Positions 18,620 to 32,723 of a stretch of 64,000 nucleotides of DNA are shown here, one piece after another. The stretch's first letter is position 1; each line of letters begins with the position of its first letter. The notes beneath the pieces were generated by a model. The model was not told the DNA's origin. It saw only the letters and a program-made list of their open reading frames with translations, and made no database searches. The position numbers and the translations under genes were made by a program. The DNA is from Escherichia coli (GTDB lineage: Bacteria; Pseudomonadota; Gammaproteobacteria; Enterobacterales; Enterobacteriaceae): assembly GCF_965641715.1 (NCBI RefSeq), contig NZ_OZ282453.1, one strand, 5' to 3'.

Positions 18620-20940
18620 TAATGGCAATCACCGGTGGTGCTGGCTGCGCAGCAACTACTTACCGACTTGCGGGTTGCCAGCAGTTCGATATCCACCCGG
18701 CTACGCGCGCGGCGCAGCAGACCGATAACCACGATGTTAAACAGGATAACCGCCAGAATGCACACCAGGCTGTAAGTTGGGTGCTGACTGTAGCTGGCGA
18801 TCTGATAGAACAATGTTGCCAGTGAGTAAGCGATATTCAGCCCCCACAGGATGGAGAAGCCCATCCAGCCACGGCTTGATTCACGGGCGATGGCTCCCAT
18901 CACCGAGATGCACGGTACATACAGCAGGACGAAAATCAGGTAGCTGTATGCGGCAGCTGCGCTACCGAATTTCTGATCCATCACGCCCATCGCCCCGGTA
19001 CCCATTTCGCCGTCGCCTTTGCTAGCTTCAATGGGGTTCATCAGTACGCTAAGGCTGAAGGTGTCCTTCAGGCTCTGCCAGGTTTCATCTACCGCGCTGA
19101 ACAACTCTTCACCGAGGTTAAATTCCGCCGGATTGAACTCTTCGTCCTGAATATTTTCTGCGGTGTAGAGGGTGTTGAGCGTACCCACCACCACTTCTTT
19201 CGCCATTGCACCCGTAAACAGGCCAACTGTTGCCTGCCAGTTATCTTCATGCACGCCAATCGGCTTGAAGACCGGGGTGATCACCCGGCTGACGGAAGCC
19301 AGCGCCGAGTCGTTGATGTTATCGACGATTTTCCCGCTCAACGAGAAGCTGTTGAAAGCGCTCAGGAAAATGCTGACGATGATAATCACTTTACCAGCAC
19401 GCAGAACGAAGCCTTTCAGACGCTGCCAGGTCTGGATAATCAGGCTTTTAACGTGTGGTACATGGTAGACCGGCAGCTCCATGACAAACGGCGTCGCTTC
19501 ACCGCGCATGATGGTGTACTTGAGCATCAGGCCAGTCAGCACCGCCATCACGATACCGAGCATATACAGCGAGAAGACCGCCAGCGCACCGTTCTGCCCG
19601 AAGAAGGCAGCCGCGAATACTGCGAAGATAGCCAGACGCGCGCCGCAGGACATAAACGGTGCCATCATGATGGTCATCAGACGTTCACGCGGTGCATCAA
19701 GTGTACGTGCACCCATTACCGACGGTACGTTACAACCGAAACCGACGATCAGCGGCACAAAGGATTTCCCCGGCAAGCCCAGCGCCTGCATCAGGCGGTC
19801 CATCACAAACGCTGCACGCGCCATATAGCCGGAGTCCTCAAGGAAGGAGAGGAACAGGTACATCATGCCGATCTGCGGCACCAGTGGCAGCACGGTGTTA
19901 ATACCGCCACCCAAGCCCTGGGCGAGGAAGATAGTCAGCCAGTCCGGGAAGTGGAGCGTGTAGCCAATCCATTGAATACCATGCACAAATAGCGCCACGG
20001 AGCCGACGTCAAACAGCGGCTGTAACGCCCCGCCGATGTTGATAGCCAGCAGGAACATCAGGTACATCACAAAGAGGAAAATCGGCAGACCGAGGAAACG
20101 GTTGAGCACGATTTTATCTACCGCAGTGGTGAAACGGCTGGGTTCTGCCGTCAGGGTGTTGCTTACCACATCACAGATGGCAGCAATGCACTGGTAACGC
20201 GCATCGGCAATGTGCAGCGCCGGATCGTCCATCTCATTACGCAGACGGGCGAGGGCGGCATCAAGATGCTGCGACGCTTCACCGGCGTAGGCGCGGCTGT
20301 AGATATCGCCTTCCAGCATTTGCAGGCCCAGCCAGCGACGTTGTTTCAGCGGGATGTCGGAAGGCATCACTTTTGCCAGTGAATCTGCTTCGTTGAGCAG
20401 CGGCTGTGCGTAATGCACCAGTTCCACATTCTCGTTAGCTTTATAGCGATCAATCGCCAGCTTGAGCGCTTCAATACCGCGACCACGGGTTGAAACCAGC
20501 GGGATCACCGGGCAGCCAAGACGCGCCGACAGAGCATCAATTTCAATACGAATATTTTGCTTCTCGGCAATGTCGAGCATGTTCAGTGCCACGATGCAGG
20601 GAATGCCGAGTTCCAGCAGTTGTAGCGTCAGGTACAGGTTACGCTCAAGGTTAGACGCATCCACCACGTTAATCAGTAGGTCGGCGTCGCCACTCAAAAT
20701 GTAGTGACAGGCGATTTGCTCATCGAGCGAGGTCTGCGATGAGATGGTGGTCAGAGAATAGGTGCCGGGCAGGTCCACCAGCGTGACCTGATGATCGGTG
20801 GTGGAGAATTGCCCTTCTTTACGTTCGACGGTAACGCCAGCCCAGTTACCTACACGCTGACGTGCGCCAGTGAGCTGGTTAAATAAGGTTGTCTTGCCAG
20901 AATTTGGATTACCAATTAAGCCAATGGTTAATTTTTTCAT
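18619..20940 (-). CDS. feoB: Ferrous iron transporter FeoB (773 aa; N-terminal G-domain plus polytopic permease)
   Basis: Start at [25 protein letters not shown] (G1/P-loop motif); long hydrophobic C-terminal region. Confidence 0.96.
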   Translation of the reverse strand: MKKLTIGLIGNPNSGKTTLFNQLTGARQRVGNWAGVTVERKEGQFSTTDHQVTLVDLPGTYSLTTISSQTSLDEQIACHYILSGDADLLINVVDASNLERNLYLTLQLLELGIPCIVALNMLDIAEKQNIRIEIDALSARLGCPVIPLVSTRGRGIEALKLAIDRYKANENVELVHYAQPLLNEADSLAKVMPSDIPLKQRRWLGLQMLEGDIYSRAYAGEASQHLDAALARLRNEMDDPALHIADARYQCIAAICDVVSNTLTAEPSRFTTAVDKIVLNRFLGLPIFLFVMYLMFLLAINIGGALQPLFDVGSVALFVHGIQWIGYTLHFPDWLTIFLAQGLGGGINTVLPLVPQIGMMYLFLSFLEDSGYMARAAFVMDRLMQALGLPGKSFVPLIVGFGCNVPSVMGARTLDAPRERLMTIMMAPFMSCGARLAIFAVFAAAFFGQNGALAVFSLYMLGIVMAVLTGLMLKYTIMRGEATPFVMELPVYHVPHVKSLIIQTWQRLKGFVLRAGKVIIIVSIFLSAFNSFSLSGKIVDNINDSALASVSRVITPVFKPIGVHEDNWQATVGLFTGAMAKEVVVGTLNTLYTAENIQDEEFNPAEFNLGEELFSAVDETWQSLKDTFSLSVLMNPIEASKGDGEMGTGAMGVMDQKFGSAAAAYSYLIFVLLYVPCISVMGAIARESSRGWMGFSILWGLNIAYSLATLFYQIASYSQHPTYSLVCILAVILFNIVVIGLLRRARSRVDIELLATRKSVSSCCAASTTGDCH

Positions 20941-20956
20941 TGTTGTTATCACCGTA

Positions 20957-21184
20957 TTAACAGGAAACCGCTTCCACTTCTAATAAGGCCAGATCTTTTT
21001 TGCGTAATACCAGGCTCACACGACGGGTTTCGATATGAATGGGGTCGCCGAGTGGAGCGACGCGCACCACATTAAAAGAGGAGCCAGGTAACATGCCTAG
21101 AGAAAGCAGTTTTTGGCGATATGCCGGGCTGATTTCACGGGAAAAGCCAGTGATTTTCCACGCAGTATCTGGAGTGTATTGCAT
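20957..21184 (-). CDS. feoA: Ferrous iron transport protein FeoA (75 aa)
   Basis: [75 protein letters not shown], an SH3-like FeoA domain, immediately upstream of feoB. Confidence 0.93.
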   Translation of the reverse strand: MQYTPDTAWKITGFSREISPAYRQKLLSLGMLPGSSFNVVRVAPLGDPIHIETRRVSLVLRKKDLALLEVEAVSC

Positions 21185-21292
21185 AGGTGCCTACTTGTTT
21201 CTCATTAACTGGATAACTACCTCATGGGGCGTTTGACAGCGACATGAGACCAGATGATTTGCCAACGAAGGAGAGATTAAATAATCAACAGT

Positions 21293-21316
21293 ACAATGAT
21301 AATGAGAATGGTTTCT
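21293..21316 (-). promoter_or_regulatory. Putative Fur box in the feoABC promoter
   Basis: aATGATaATGAGaATGGT is three successive Fur-type hexamers, about 110 bp upstream of the feoA start. feo is a known Fur target. Confidence 0.4.
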
Positions 21317-21373
21317 ATCAGCAATACTTAAAATGTGTGCGAATGTTGGTTTGAATAATAATCTGACTCAATG

Positions 21374-21387
21374 TTGATGTGGCTCAA
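21374..21387 (-). promoter_or_regulatory. Putative FNR site in the feoABC promoter
   Basis: TTGAT-gtgg-cTCAA, 9/10 match to the FNR consensus TTGAT-N4-ATCAA, about 190 bp upstream of the feoA start. Confidence 0.4.
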
Positions 21388-21521
21388 GGTTATATCGCAG
21401 CGAAAATATAATTCGAATAGCGAATTACCAGGACTGGCTAATGTTTAATTAAGGTTTCAGTTGTTAATGAGGTGATAAATATTAACGAAATATATTGTGA
21501 GTTTGGCTGTGGAATAAATAT

Positions 21522-21600
21522 GCCGGAGATATTCTCCGGCACTTTTATGTCAGGCAAGGCGTTCGTTGCCAGATGCGGCGTGAACGCCTTATCGCGCAGG
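21522..21600. repeat. Hairpin plus degenerate REP element downstream of tex
   Basis: Hairpin gccggagatattctccggc (21522-21540) and REP-like gccagatgcggcgtgaacgccttatcgcgcagg (21568-21600). Confidence 0.5.
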
Positions 21601-21621
21601 TTTAGGGGCCAGTCCGGGCGT

Positions 21622-23943
21622 TTAACGTTTTTTGCCCATTGCTGCCGCCAGCGCGTCCATCATCGCGCTGTTACCGGCAGGCTGCGCTTCACGACCGCGT
21701 GGTTTGGCTGCCGGGCGGTTGTTTTGCGGGCGATCGTTACCGCCGCCGCGACGAGCGTTGGTTTCGCCAGGCTGCTCGTCCAGACGCATAGTCAGGGCGA
21801 TACGTTTACGCTGAAGATCCACTTCCAGCACTTTCACCTTCACAATGTCGCCCGCTTTCACCACGGTATGCGGATCTTCCACAAACTTGTTCGACAATGA
21901 AGAGATGTGAACCAGGCCGTCCTGATGCACGCCGATATCGACAAACGCGCCAAAGTTGGTGACGTTGGTGACAGCGCCTTCGAGGATCATACCCGGTTGC
22001 AGGTCGTTCATTGTCTCGACGCCATCGGCAAACTGAGCGGTTTTAAATTCCGGACGCGGATCGCGACCCGGTTTTTCCAGCTCTTTGATGATGTCAGTTA
22101 CTGTCGGCACACCGAATTTTTCATCAGTAAAGTCAGACGCTTTCAGGTTACGCAGTTCGCTGCTGTTACCCATCAGATCTTTCAGTGCCTGCTGTGTTGC
22201 TGCCAGAATGCGTTCCACCACCGGATAGGCTTCCGGGTGAACGGTAGAGGCGTCCAGCGGGTTATCACCGTGGTTAATGCGCAGGAAGCCCGCGCACTGC
22301 TCGAAGGCTTTCGGCCCCAGACGGCTCACTTTTAACAGTTGCTGACGGTTCTGGAACTGGCCGTTCTCATCGCGCCAGGCTACGATGTTTTGCGCCATCA
22401 TGCGCGTCAGGCCCGCCACGCGGGTTAACAGCGGAACAGAAGCAGTGTTGAGATCGACGCCAACGGCGTTTACGCAGTCTTCTACTACTGCATCCAGTTT
22501 GCGGGCCAGTTGCGTCTGGCTGACGTCATGCTGATACTGACCTACGCCGATAGATTTCGGATCGATTTTCACCAGCTCCGCCAGCGGATCCTGCAAACGG
22601 CGGGCGATAGAAACCGCGCCACGCAGCGAAACGTCGAGATCCGGGAACTCCTGCGCTGCCAGCTCGGAAGCCGAGTAAACCGACGCGCCAGCTTCGCTGA
22701 CGATCACTTTCTGTGCGGTCACTTTCGGGAACTGCTTCTGCACGTCGAGATAGAAACGTTCGGTTTCGCGGGAAGCTGTACCGTTGCCGATCGCCACCAG
22801 TTCAACGTTATGCTTTTCACACAGCGCAGCAACAGTCATCGCTGCTTTTGCGGCTTGTCCGGTGTGCGGGTAAATGGTATCGGTCGCTACCAGTTTGCCA
22901 GTGGCATCGACCACCGCCACTTTTACCCCAGTACGCAGACCCGGATCGAGGCCCATCGTTGCACGCAGTCCGGCAGGGGCCGCCATCAGCAGATCGTGCA
23001 GGTTACGGGCAAAGACGTTGATTGCTTCATCTTCCGCGCGTTCGCGCACGGTGCCCATCAGTTCGGTTTCCAGATGCATCAGCACCTTGATGCGCCAGGT
23101 CCAGCTCACCACGCCTTTGCGCCAGCTATCCGCCGGAGCATTGTTCAGGCGCAGGCCGAGATGATCCATGATGATTTGCTCGCAATAGCTCTCTTTTGGC
23201 GGCTCATCGAACTGCGGATCGGCATTCAGCGAAAGCTGGAGTACGCCTTCGTTACGCCCACGGAACATCGCCAGCGCGCGGTGAGAAGGCACCGTTGACA
23301 GCGGTTCGTGATGATCGAAATAGTCGCGGAATTTCGCCCCTTCCTCTTCTTTACCGCTCACCACCGTAGAAACCAAATGCGCGTTCTTCCACAGATAATC
23401 ACGCACTTTCGCCAGCAGCGCGGCATCTTCGGCAAACCGTTCCATCAGGATATAGCGCGCGCCGTCCAGCGCGGCTTTGGTATCTGCCACGCCTTTATCG
23501 GCATCAACATATTGTGCAGCGGCGACTTCTGGCGTGTGTGACGGATCGCTCCACAGCAGGTCAGCCAACGGCTCAAGCCCTGCTTCAATGGCGATTTGCC
23601 CGCGGGTGCGGCGTTTAGGTTTGTAGGGCAGGTAGAGGTCTTCGAGTTCGGTTTTGCTTAGGGTGGCGTTGATGGCATTCGCCAGATCATCGGTGAGTTT
23701 GCCTTGCTCGGAAATGGACTTGAGGATCGCCTGACGTCTCTCTTCCAGCTCGCGCAGGTATCCCAGACGCGTTTCCAGATTACGCAGCTGCGTGTCATCC
23801 AGACCGCCGGTGATTTCCTTACGATAACGTGCGATAAACGGCACGGTATTCCCTTCGTCAAGCAGGCGAACGGCAGCGTCAACCTGTTCCGGGCGCGCCT
23901 GAATTTCACCCGCAATAATGCGGCAGAACGAATCATTCATCAT
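21622..23943 (-). CDS. tex: Transcription accessory protein Tex/YhgF (773 aa; C-terminal S1 domain)
   Basis: ORF begins [43 protein letters not shown]; S1 RNA-binding region near the C-terminus. Confidence 0.95.
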   Translation of the reverse strand: MMNDSFCRIIAGEIQARPEQVDAAVRLLDEGNTVPFIARYRKEITGGLDDTQLRNLETRLGYLRELEERRQAILKSISEQGKLTDDLANAINATLSKTELEDLYLPYKPKRRTRGQIAIEAGLEPLADLLWSDPSHTPEVAAAQYVDADKGVADTKAALDGARYILMERFAEDAALLAKVRDYLWKNAHLVSTVVSGKEEEGAKFRDYFDHHEPLSTVPSHRALAMFRGRNEGVLQLSLNADPQFDEPPKESYCEQIIMDHLGLRLNNAPADSWRKGVVSWTWRIKVLMHLETELMGTVRERAEDEAINVFARNLHDLLMAAPAGLRATMGLDPGLRTGVKVAVVDATGKLVATDTIYPHTGQAAKAAMTVAALCEKHNVELVAIGNGTASRETERFYLDVQKQFPKVTAQKVIVSEAGASVYSASELAAQEFPDLDVSLRGAVSIARRLQDPLAELVKIDPKSIGVGQYQHDVSQTQLARKLDAVVEDCVNAVGVDLNTASVPLLTRVAGLTRMMAQNIVAWRDENGQFQNRQQLLKVSRLGPKAFEQCAGFLRINHGDNPLDASTVHPEAYPVVERILAATQQALKDLMGNSSELRNLKASDFTDEKFGVPTVTDIIKELEKPGRDPRPEFKTAQFADGVETMNDLQPGMILEGAVTNVTNFGAFVDIGVHQDGLVHISSLSNKFVEDPHTVVKAGDIVKVKVLEVDLQRKRIALTMRLDEQPGETNARRGGGNDRPQNNRPAAKPRGREAQPAGNSAMMDALAAAMGKKR

Positions 23944-24039
23944 GGTTTGAGTTCATCTTTTCGGATCAAAAATCAGGGGATAGTTATACGGACTGGCTGG
24001 CAAAAATGCCAGCCATCGGCAGGAGGTTAAGACTCTTCC

Positions 24040-24516
24040 TTACGGTTTCACGTACTCGATAGCATTAACATACCAGCTCGCTTCCCCGGCAGGGGTATTC
24101 ACCACCGCCAGATCGCCGACTTCTTTTTTCAGCAATGCGCGGGCCATTGGGGAATCGATAGAGATGTAATCTTTACGGCCAAAAATTTCATCGTAGCCGA
24201 CAATACGGAAGCGGTGAGTCACGCCATCGTCGTTTTCAATCTCCACCCACGCGCCAAAAAAGACTTTGCCTTCCTGCTGCGGGGAGTAATCGACGATTTT
24301 GAGATTTTCCATGCATTTAGTGAGATAGCGCACGCGACGGTCGATTTCACGCAGGCGCTTTTTATTATACTGATAGTCAGCATTTTCGCTGCGGTCGCCC
24401 AGACTTGCGGCCCAGGTCACCTTTTTTGTGACCTCCGGGCGTTCTTCACGCCAGAGATAATTAAGCTCTTGTTTGAGTTTTTCATACCCTTCCCGGGTAA
24501 CCAGGGGCGTTTTCAT
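24040..24516 (-). CDS. greB: Transcript cleavage factor GreB (158 aa)
   Basis: Start at MKTPLVTREGYEKLKQELNYLWREERPEVTKKV (Gre coiled-coil N-terminus). Confidence 0.93.
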   Translation of the reverse strand: MKTPLVTREGYEKLKQELNYLWREERPEVTKKVTWAASLGDRSENADYQYNKKRLREIDRRVRYLTKCMENLKIVDYSPQQEGKVFFGAWVEIENDDGVTHRFRIVGYDEIFGRKDYISIDSPMARALLKKEVGDLAVVNTPAGEASWYVNAIEYVKP

Positions 24517-24743
24517 CTCGTTGATTCCCTTTGTCTGTTTGATAATGCGCACATTGGGTATAACGTGATCATATCAACAGAATCAATAATGTTTCGCCGA
24601 ATAAATTGTATACTTAAGCTGCTGTTTAATATGCTTTGTAACAATTTAGGCTGAAATTCATACCAGATTTAGCTGGTGACGAACGTGAGCTTTTTTAAGA
24701 ATACACGCTTACAAATTGTTGCGAACCTTTGGGAGTACAAACA

Positions 24744-26812
<2,069 letters not shown>

Positions 26813-26818
26813 ATAAAC

Positions 26819-26849
26819 GGGAGGCGAAGGTGCCTCCCGTTTTGCTTTC
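26819..26849. terminator. Bidirectional rho-independent terminator between convergent envZ and pckA
   Basis: gggaggc-gaaggt-gcctccc followed by gttttgcttt on the plus strand, with an A-rich run upstream that supplies U-rich sequence to the minus-strand transcript. Confidence 0.8.
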
Positions 26850-26887
26850 TATAAGATACTGGATAGATATTCTCCAGCTTCAAATCA

Positions 26888-28510
26888 TTACAGTTTCGGA
26901 CCAGCCGCTACCAGCGCGGCACCCGCAGGGGTGTCGGTGTATTTATCGAAGTTGTCGATAAACAGTTTCGCCAGGGTTTCGGCTTTTTCCTGCCACTGTT
27001 CCGGAGAAGCGTAGGTGTTACGCGGATCGAGGATCTTAGTGTCAACACCCGGCAGCTCGGTCGGGATCGCCAGGTTAAACATCGGCAGAGTGAAAGTTTC
27101 TGCGTTGTCCAGCGAACCGTTGAGGATAGCGTCGATAATGGCGCGGGTATCTTTAATCGAGATACGTTTGCCAGTGCCGTTCCAGCCAGTGTTAACCAGA
27201 TAAGCCTGCGCGCCCGCCGCCTGCATACGTTTCACCAGCACTTCTGCGTACTGAGTCGGGTGCAGCGACAGGAATGCCGCGCCGAAGCAAGCGGAGAAGG
27301 TTGGCGTCGGTTCGGTGATGCCACGCTCAGTACCGGCCAGTTTGGCGGTGAAGCCAGAGAGGAAGTGGTACTGGGTTTGATCGGCAGTCAGACGAGAAAC
27401 CGGCGGCAGCACACCAAAGGCGTCTGCGGTCAGGAAGATAACTTTCGTTGCGTGACCCGCTTTTGAAACCGGCTTAACGATGTTATCGATGTGATAGATC
27501 GGATAAGAAACGCGGGTGTTCTCGGTTTTTGAACCATCATCAAAGTCGATAGTGCCATCTTCACGCACGGTGACGTTTTCCAGCAGCGCATCGCGACGGA
27601 TAGCGTTGTAGATTTCAGGTTCCGCTTCTTTCGACAGCTTGATAGTTTTTGCGTAGCAGCCGCCTTCGAAGTTAAACACGCCGTCATCGTCCCAGCCGTG
27701 TTCGTCATCGCCAATCAGGCGACGTTTCGGGTCGGTGGAAAGGGTGGTTTTACCGGTGCCGGAAAGGCCGAAGAACACCGCAACATCGCCTTTCTCGCCA
27801 ACGTTGGCGGAGCAGTGCATAGAAGCGATACCTTTCAGCGGCAGCAGGTAGTTCATCATCGAGAACATCCCTTTCTTCATTTCGCCGCCATACCAGGTGC
27901 CGCCAATCAGCTGCATGCGCTCGGTCAGGTTAAAAGCCACGAAGTTTTCGGAATTCAGACCCTGTTCTTTCCACTGCGGGTTAGTGCACTTCGCGCCGTT
28001 CATAACGATAAAGTCTGGTTTGAAACCTGCCAACTCTTCATCGCTCGGGCGAATAAACATGTTTTTGACAAAATGCGCCTGCCAGGCCACTTCGGTGATG
28101 AAACGGACGGAAAGACGAGTATCCGGGTTCGCACCACAGAAGGCGTCGACAACGAACAGACGTTTGCCGGAAAGCTGTTTGGTCACCAGGCCTTTCAGAT
28201 GTTGCCAGGTTTCCGGAGAGAGAGGTTTGTTATCGTTCTTACCTTTGCCTTTGTCTGCCCACCAGAAAGTATCGCGAGTGGTATCGTCACGGACGATATA
28301 CTTATCTTTTGGTGAACGACCGGTGAAGATCCCGGTATCGACGGCAACGGCACCCAGATTAGTTAACACCCCGCGCTCATAACCTGTCAGGCTCGGATCG
28401 AGCTCTTCCTGATACAGCAGGTCGTAGCTTGGGTTGTAAACGATATCATGTACGTCACTGATACCATAAGCCTCGAGTTCTTGCGGGGTCAAACCATTGT
28501 TAACGCGCAT
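26888..28510 (-). CDS. pckA: Phosphoenolpyruvate carboxykinase (ATP) PckA (540 aa)
   Basis: Start at [36 protein letters not shown]; kinase P-loop [13 protein letters not shown] present. Confidence 0.96.
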
Positions 28511-28888
28511 TTCACTGCTCCTTAGCCAATATGTATTGCCTGAATAGTAAAGTCTTTTTGGGGGTGTTAACCGCGACAAGGCTCATAGATTTACGTATCT
28601 GGAGAAATTCATATTTGACAAAAAACTCCGTGATTCCTGTCACGAAACGGTTGCTATTATCGCAGAAATAGCATTTTAGGTGTGGAAAATGTTCTCAAAA
28701 GGTTAAATCTTGGTTTATATGGCGGGAATATTGTGAGTGGAATCGCATTCCTGAATGAAATTGATGCAAATTCAACCGGTAAAGTATCGATTCACCACGC
28801 TAACTTTTTTTGATTATTTTCTGAAAAAAGCAAAATACTACTGCCCGGATGCGATAATTAACCCACCTTTTGATTCTGGATAACCAAC

Positions 28889-30613
28889 ATGGATAACGTT
28901 GAACTTTCACCCGCAACACGCTGGGGGATGATTGCTACCGGATTACTTCAGGGGCTGGTTTGCTATCTGCTGATCGCCTGGCTTGCCGGAAAAAATCACA
29001 GTTGGATTGTTTATGGCGTGCCTGCGACCGTTGCGTTTTCATCCGTTTTACTCTTCTCCGTGATCTCTTTTAAACAGAAGCGCCTTTGGGGATGGCTGGC
29101 GCTGGTGTTTATTGCCACGCTGGGGATGAGCGGCTGGTTGAAGTGGCAAACTGATGGCATGAACCCCTGGAGAGCTGAAAAGGCGCTTTGGGATTTTGGC
29201 TGCTATCTGCTGCTGATGGCAATGTTGTTGCTACCGTGGATACAACAAAGCCTTCGTATCCGCAATGACAGTAGCCGCTATCGCTATTTTTACCAGTCAG
29301 TATGGCATAACGTACTTATATTACAGGTTATTTTTCTCGCCAATGGCCTGACGTGGCTGGTGCTTTTACTGTGGGGTGAGTTGTTTAAACTTGTTGGCAT
29401 CACGTTTTTCAATACGCTCTTTTTTGCAACCGACTGGTTTATGTATCTTACATTAGGTCTGGTTACCGCGCTGGCGTTGATCCTCGCGCGAACACAGTCA
29501 CGTTTAATCGACTCTATTCAAAAGTTGTTCACGTTAATCGCCACGGGGTTGCTGCCGTTAGTATCATTGCTAACCCTGATGTTTATCATCACCCTGCCGT
29601 TTACAGGCCTGAGTGCGATTTCTCGCCACATCTCCGCCGCTGGGTTGCTGTTAACGCTGGCCTTTTTGCAATTGATCTTAATGGCTATTGTCCGCGATCC
29701 GCAAAAAGCGTCACTTCCCTGGACGGGGCCGTTGCGTTGCCTGATTAAAACCGCTTTGCTGGTTGCTCCGCTGTATGTGTTCGTCGCCGCCTGGGCGTTA
29801 TGGCTGCGGGTCGCTCAGTACGGCTGGACTGTCGACCGCTTGCAGGGCGCGCTGGCGGTGCTGGTGTTACTGGTATGGTCGCTGGGGTATTTTGTCAGTA
29901 TCGTATGGCGTAAAGGGCAAAATCCCCTTGTTCTTCAGGGCAAAGTGAACCTTGCGGTTTCGTTATTGGTGTTGGTAATACTGGTGCTTCTTAATTCTCC
30001 GGTGCTGGACAGTATGCGCATTAGCGTGAACAGTCATATGGCGCGTTATCAGAGTGGCAAAAACACGCCAGACCAGGTAACTATCTACATGCTCGAACAG
30101 AGCGGTCGCTATGGACGTGCGGCGCTTGAGTCGCTGAAAAGCGATGCCGGGTTTATGAAAGACCCGAAACGTGCGCGGGATCTGTTGATGGCGTTAGATG
30201 GAGAGCAACATCTTCAGCAACAGATATCGGAAAAAGTATTAGCCGAAAATGTGTTAATTGCCCCTGGTTCTGGTAAACCGGATGCGACATTCTGGTCGGC
30301 CTTAATCCAGGATCGCTATAACGTGATGACCTGTATTGAAAAAGACGCCTGCGTACTGGTCGAGCAAGATCTGAATAGTGATGGCAGGGCAGAGCGGATC
30401 CTCTTTGCCTTTGATGATGAAAGATACATTGTCTATGGCTTTGATCCTGACAAGAAAGAATGGCAAGAGCTTACGATGAGTTTACTTCCGCGTGATATAA
30501 CGAAAGAAAAATTACTCACAGCTGCGAAGGATGGAAAACTGGGAACGAAGCTCAAAGCGTGGCGCGATCTTGTAGTGGATGGTGAAAGGCTGGATGTGAA
30601 TCTGAATGAGTGA
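28889..30613 (+). CDS. yhgE: Inner-membrane protein YhgE (574 aa), function unknown
   Basis: ORF begins [48 protein letters not shown]; many hydrophobic segments in the first 370 residues, then a hydrophilic C-terminal domain. Confidence 0.85.
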   Translation: MDNVELSPATRWGMIATGLLQGLVCYLLIAWLAGKNHSWIVYGVPATVAFSSVLLFSVISFKQKRLWGWLALVFIATLGMSGWLKWQTDGMNPWRAEKALWDFGCYLLLMAMLLLPWIQQSLRIRNDSSRYRYFYQSVWHNVLILQVIFLANGLTWLVLLLWGELFKLVGITFFNTLFFATDWFMYLTLGLVTALALILARTQSRLIDSIQKLFTLIATGLLPLVSLLTLMFIITLPFTGLSAISRHISAAGLLLTLAFLQLILMAIVRDPQKASLPWTGPLRCLIKTALLVAPLYVFVAAWALWLRVAQYGWTVDRLQGALAVLVLLVWSLGYFVSIVWRKGQNPLVLQGKVNLAVSLLVLVILVLLNSPVLDSMRISVNSHMARYQSGKNTPDQVTIYMLEQSGRYGRAALESLKSDAGFMKDPKRARDLLMALDGEQHLQQQISEKVLAENVLIAPGSGKPDATFWSALIQDRYNVMTCIEKDACVLVEQDLNSDGRAERILFAFDDERYIVYGFDPDKKEWQELTMSLLPRDITKEKLLTAAKDGKLGTKLKAWRDLVVDGERLDVNLNE

Positions 30614-30675
30614 CAAAGCGCATCAGGTGTATTAGTCGTAAAATCCGGCAGAACCCTCTCTGCCGGACATACTCA

Positions 30676-31560
30676 TTAATGAACTTGCGGATCTGCCGGA
30701 GACGCGTTGTTGCGGATTTCAGCAATATCCATCGCATTGAACAGATAGTGGTTACCGCAGTAATCACAATGCATGTCAATTTCGCCATCTTCCGCCAGGA
30801 TGCTATCGACTTCTTCATCAGGCAGCGTTTTCAGCGCATCGGCGCAACGTTCACGCGAGCAGGTGCATTTGAACTCCACATCCTGCGGATCGTAAACCGT
30901 CACCTCTTCTTCGTGATACAAACGCCACAACACTTCGTTTGCCGGTAAGGTCAGCAGTTCTTCGGTTTTGATGGTTTCGGTTAGCGTCGCCAGGTGGTCA
31001 AAGTCGTCCTGCTGGGCATTTTGCGCAGGCATTACCTGCAACAACATACCGCCTGCAGCCGGTTTGCCGTCTACGTCGCCGGTGCGAATAAACAGACGCG
31101 TCGGCAGCTGTTCAGAACGCATAAAGTAATCTTCCAGGCAGGCCGCCAGGGTATCACCTTCCAGACCCACCACGCCCTGATAGCGTTCACCTTCGCTCGG
31201 GGTAATGGTGATCACCACGTAACCATTGACGACCAGCGTTTTCAGGTCGGCATTTTCTGGAATTTCGCCCTGCACGCGCGCCACACCGCGCATCTGCTGG
31301 TTGTTGTTACCGTTAATAACCGCCAGATTCATCGGACCGTCGCCTTGCAGCTGTACGGTGATATCACCATCAAACTTCAGCGTAGCGGTTAACAGGCTGG
31401 TCGCAACCAGCAGTTCTGCCAGCACGTTTTTAACGGGCTGCGGATAATCGTGATTCTCAAGGATCTGTTGCAGGGTTTCCGAAACGGTTACCAGTTCGCC
31501 GCGAACGGCAAAGTTTTCAAACAGATAGCGATGTAATTGGTCATGTTGCGGCATAATCAT
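30676..31560 (-). CDS. hslO: Redox-regulated chaperone Hsp33 (HslO), about 292 aa
   Basis: C-terminal zinc centre CTCSRERC...HCDYCGNHY; begins (MI)[22 protein letters not shown]. Start may be the ATG at 31552-31554. Confidence 0.93.
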   Translation of the reverse strand: MIMPQHDQLHRYLFENFAVRGELVTVSETLQQILENHDYPQPVKNVLAELLVATSLLTATLKFDGDITVQLQGDGPMNLAVINGNNNQQMRGVARVQGEIPENADLKTLVVNGYVVITITPSEGERYQGVVGLEGDTLAACLEDYFMRSEQLPTRLFIRTGDVDGKPAAGGMLLQVMPAQNAQQDDFDHLATLTETIKTEELLTLPANEVLWRLYHEEEVTVYDPQDVEFKCTCSRERCADALKTLPDEEVDSILAEDGEIDMHCDYCGNHYLFNAMDIAEIRNNASPADPQVH

Positions 31561-31578
31561 CTCTCTTGCAGGTGACAG

Positions 31579-31980
31579 TTATTCACTGTCGCCGTGTTTA
31601 AATCGTAACAGGTCGCGGCGCTCTTTTTTGTCCGGGCGTCGGTCCGGATGCGGCATGGTTAAGGCATTAAGTTTACGTGCCAGCGCCATTTTTTCGCGTT
31701 TCTCTACACTTTCCGCAGTCTCTTCATACAGCAAGGCTGCCTCGCTGGCGGGGCGACGCTGTTCAGTAATCGCCTTTACAATCACCGTGCGTTCGTCATT
31801 TCCCTGGCGCAGAGTGAGCGTGGCATTCAGCTCGACGATTTTGCTCGGCTTGCTGCGCTGCCCGTTGTAATGCACCTTACCGCCTTCAATCATTTCACGG
31901 GCCAGCGCGCGGGTTTTATAAAAACGGGCAGCCCATAGCCATTTATCCAGTCGAACCTCAACAGCAGGTTTTTCTTTCAT
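31579..31980 (-). CDS. hslR: Ribosome-associated heat-shock protein Hsp15 (HslR), 133 aa
   Basis: MKEKPAVEVRLDKWLWAARFYKTRALAREMIEGGKVHYNGQRSKPSK (S4-like RNA-binding domain), upstream of hslO in the same orientation. Confidence 0.93.
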   Translation of the reverse strand: MKEKPAVEVRLDKWLWAARFYKTRALAREMIEGGKVHYNGQRSKPSKIVELNATLTLRQGNDERTVIVKAITEQRRPASEAALLYEETAESVEKREKMALARKLNALTMPHPDRRPDKKERRDLLRFKHGDSE

Positions 31981-31990
31981 GGCGTCTCCT

Positions 31991-32659
31991 TCACATTAGC
32001 GAGGGGATCAGGCGGCGGTAGTCATTCAGTGACGGATGGCGTTGATACTGTTTCTCGGCAATCCCTGAGTCAGGATTAGTCACGCCGAGGCAGTAACGAA
32101 TACCAAATTGCGCGGCAGCATCGAGAATCGCTTCGCTGTCATCAATAAACAGCGTTCTTTCAGCTTTCAGACCCGTAGCTTCGGCCACCGCATGCCATAA
32201 CCGCTGATCCTCTTTCGGATAACCAAATGTGTGGGTGGAAAGTAATAAATCAAGGTGTGCGTCCAGACCGGTATGCTCAAGTTTTACCGCCAGGTTGTGC
32301 GGATGCGCATTGGTGAGCAAAATTCGCTGCTTACCGCTGGCTTTCAGTGCCTCAAGAAACGGAATGGTATCTTCACGCAGTACGGCACGCGGTCCCATCT
32401 CGGTGGTCATCGCACAGATATCCAGACCCAGTTGCTCACTCCAGTAATCAAGACAGTACCAGTTTAGCGTATGCTGTACGTCGTGATATTGCTGGCGCAT
32501 ATATTCCATCGCTTCCTGTGGCGTAACCCCGTTTTTCGCGCCCCATGTTTCAGGCACCAGCTTTTGCCAGAAATAGTTATCGAAGGCGAGGTCGAGCAAC
32601 GTGCCGTCCATATCCAGCAGAACGGTATCTACGTCCTGCCAGGCAATGTTGATATGCAT
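31991..32659 (-). CDS. yrfG: HAD-family nucleotidase YrfG (222 aa)
   Basis: Start at MHINIAWQDVDTVLLDMDGTLLDL (HAD motif I DxDGT). Confidence 0.88.
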   Translation of the reverse strand: MHINIAWQDVDTVLLDMDGTLLDLAFDNYFWQKLVPETWGAKNGVTPQEAMEYMRQQYHDVQHTLNWYCLDYWSEQLGLDICAMTTEMGPRAVLREDTIPFLEALKASGKQRILLTNAHPHNLAVKLEHTGLDAHLDLLLSTHTFGYPKEDQRLWHAVAEATGLKAERTLFIDDSEAILDAAAQFGIRYCLGVTNPDSGIAEKQYQRHPSLNDYRRLIPSLM

Positions 32660-32723
32660 GAGGGAAATCTCCAGAGTGAAGCAATTTGCGCGACAGGGTA
32701 GCATAACCTGCCGCGCAAACGTG

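Noticed and set aside
21185-21621. Possible small gene or sRNA in the 437-bp feoA / tex intergenic region
   Set aside because: The space is explained by the feoABC promoter (Fur-like and FNR-like sites), a tex terminator hairpin and a degenerate REP. No ORF with a ribosome-binding site and no promoter-terminator pair defining an sRNA was found.
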